A DNA stretch of 64,000 bases from Chrysemys picta bellii. Taxonomy: Eukaryota. The notes beneath the pieces were generated by a model. The model saw only the letters and a list, made by a program, of their open reading frames with translations, was not told the DNA's origin and made no database searches. The first letter of the stretch is position 1. The number at the start of each line of letters is the position of its first letter. Location of the stretch: assembly GCF_011386835.1 (NCBI RefSeq), contig NC_088810.1:18662001-18726000 (forward strand). Reading direction: 5' to 3'. Shown here piece after piece: positions 63,171-64,000 of the stretch. Made by a program: the position numbers and the translations under genes.

Positions 63171-64000
63171 GTAAACTGTTTTATTTAGCTTTTGGCACAT
63201 CAGAAAGATACAGTGTATTAAAAACAGGGGCCTAGAGTCAGTCTCCTGGCCAATTTCCTACCCTAGCATCTACACATTGCCTCCTGAAGTCACATTTGAA
63301 TTTATTCTTCTCCGCCCCACTAGTGGAAGTGTTGTGTAGGTTTATTGGTAAGGAACAACTGCTGGGTTCCACCCCAGAGGTGGCTGCAGGTCAGGGATGG
63401 TGAAATAGTGCAGCGTATATTTCTGTAAAGGATCACCAGATCATCTAGTGTGACCTCATGTGTATCACAAGCCACCAACACCACCCAGCCACCACACACT
63501 AAACCCAGCACCCAGGACAAAAGACAACAACCGAGGACAGAAGAGAAATCTGCACTACTGAAATATGTTCTTCACATTCTTACAACACAAAAGCCAACCA
63601 GCTGATTCCCTTTAAACTTTCCAAATAAAATTCTTTGTTGGGATAAGCTGGGCATGAAACAATCCAGGCCGGTGAGGAATTTCGGTGAGGAAGTCAGAAG
63701 GATTTGGAATGGAAATTGGGACTTAATGAGAGGGGATCAAATCCTTAGTACACCAAAACAATCCCAGTGCCACCATATGCACTGAGGTGACAGAGATGAG
63801 AATGTGGCCCAGGGTTGCTGACCTGATCCTAGTCTGTAAAACACCCTGTCTAGTTACGTAGTGTTGTTGGAGCCAGGTTGGTCCCAGGATATCAGCGAGA
63901 GAAGGTGGGTGAGGTAATATCTTTTATTGAACCAACTTCTGTTGGGGAGAGAGAAGGACAATCTTTTCAGCTTACACAGAAAGCTTCTCTCTTTCACCAA

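Overview
Vertebrate genomic DNA, most likely turtle (inferred from the CR1, Penelope and hAT repeat content). The window is a tandemly expanded cluster of at least 8 non-rearranging Ig-superfamily receptor genes. Each has leader / one exon with germline-fused V+J (YYC...FGNG[T/S]xL) / C1-set exon / TM exon / two cytoplasmic exons. There are two subfamilies on opposite strands. Type A (+) ends in an ITSM-like TEYATL: A1 4731-9390 intact, A2 36954-41574 pseudogene, A3 57469->63170 with its last exon not in the window. Type B (-) ends in an ITIM, ILY[A/T]HL: B0 partial at the left edge, B1 14066-16887, B2 20633-24538, B3 28178-31953 with a stop at the end of the TM, B4 46146-50067. This architecture matches my recollection of the PRARP / VJ-C1 family, which needs a database check. 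Most notable observations: B1 has a divergent TM with an Arg and no recognisable ITIM exons but a V domain nearly identical to inhibitory B4, suggesting a paired activating/inhibitory system. Stalk cysteines suggest combinatorial A-B heterodimers. A 21-bp micro-inversion rebuilt a splice acceptor in A3. Several genes are mosaic. All exon boundaries were read by hand from GT/AG sites, phase and paralog alignment.
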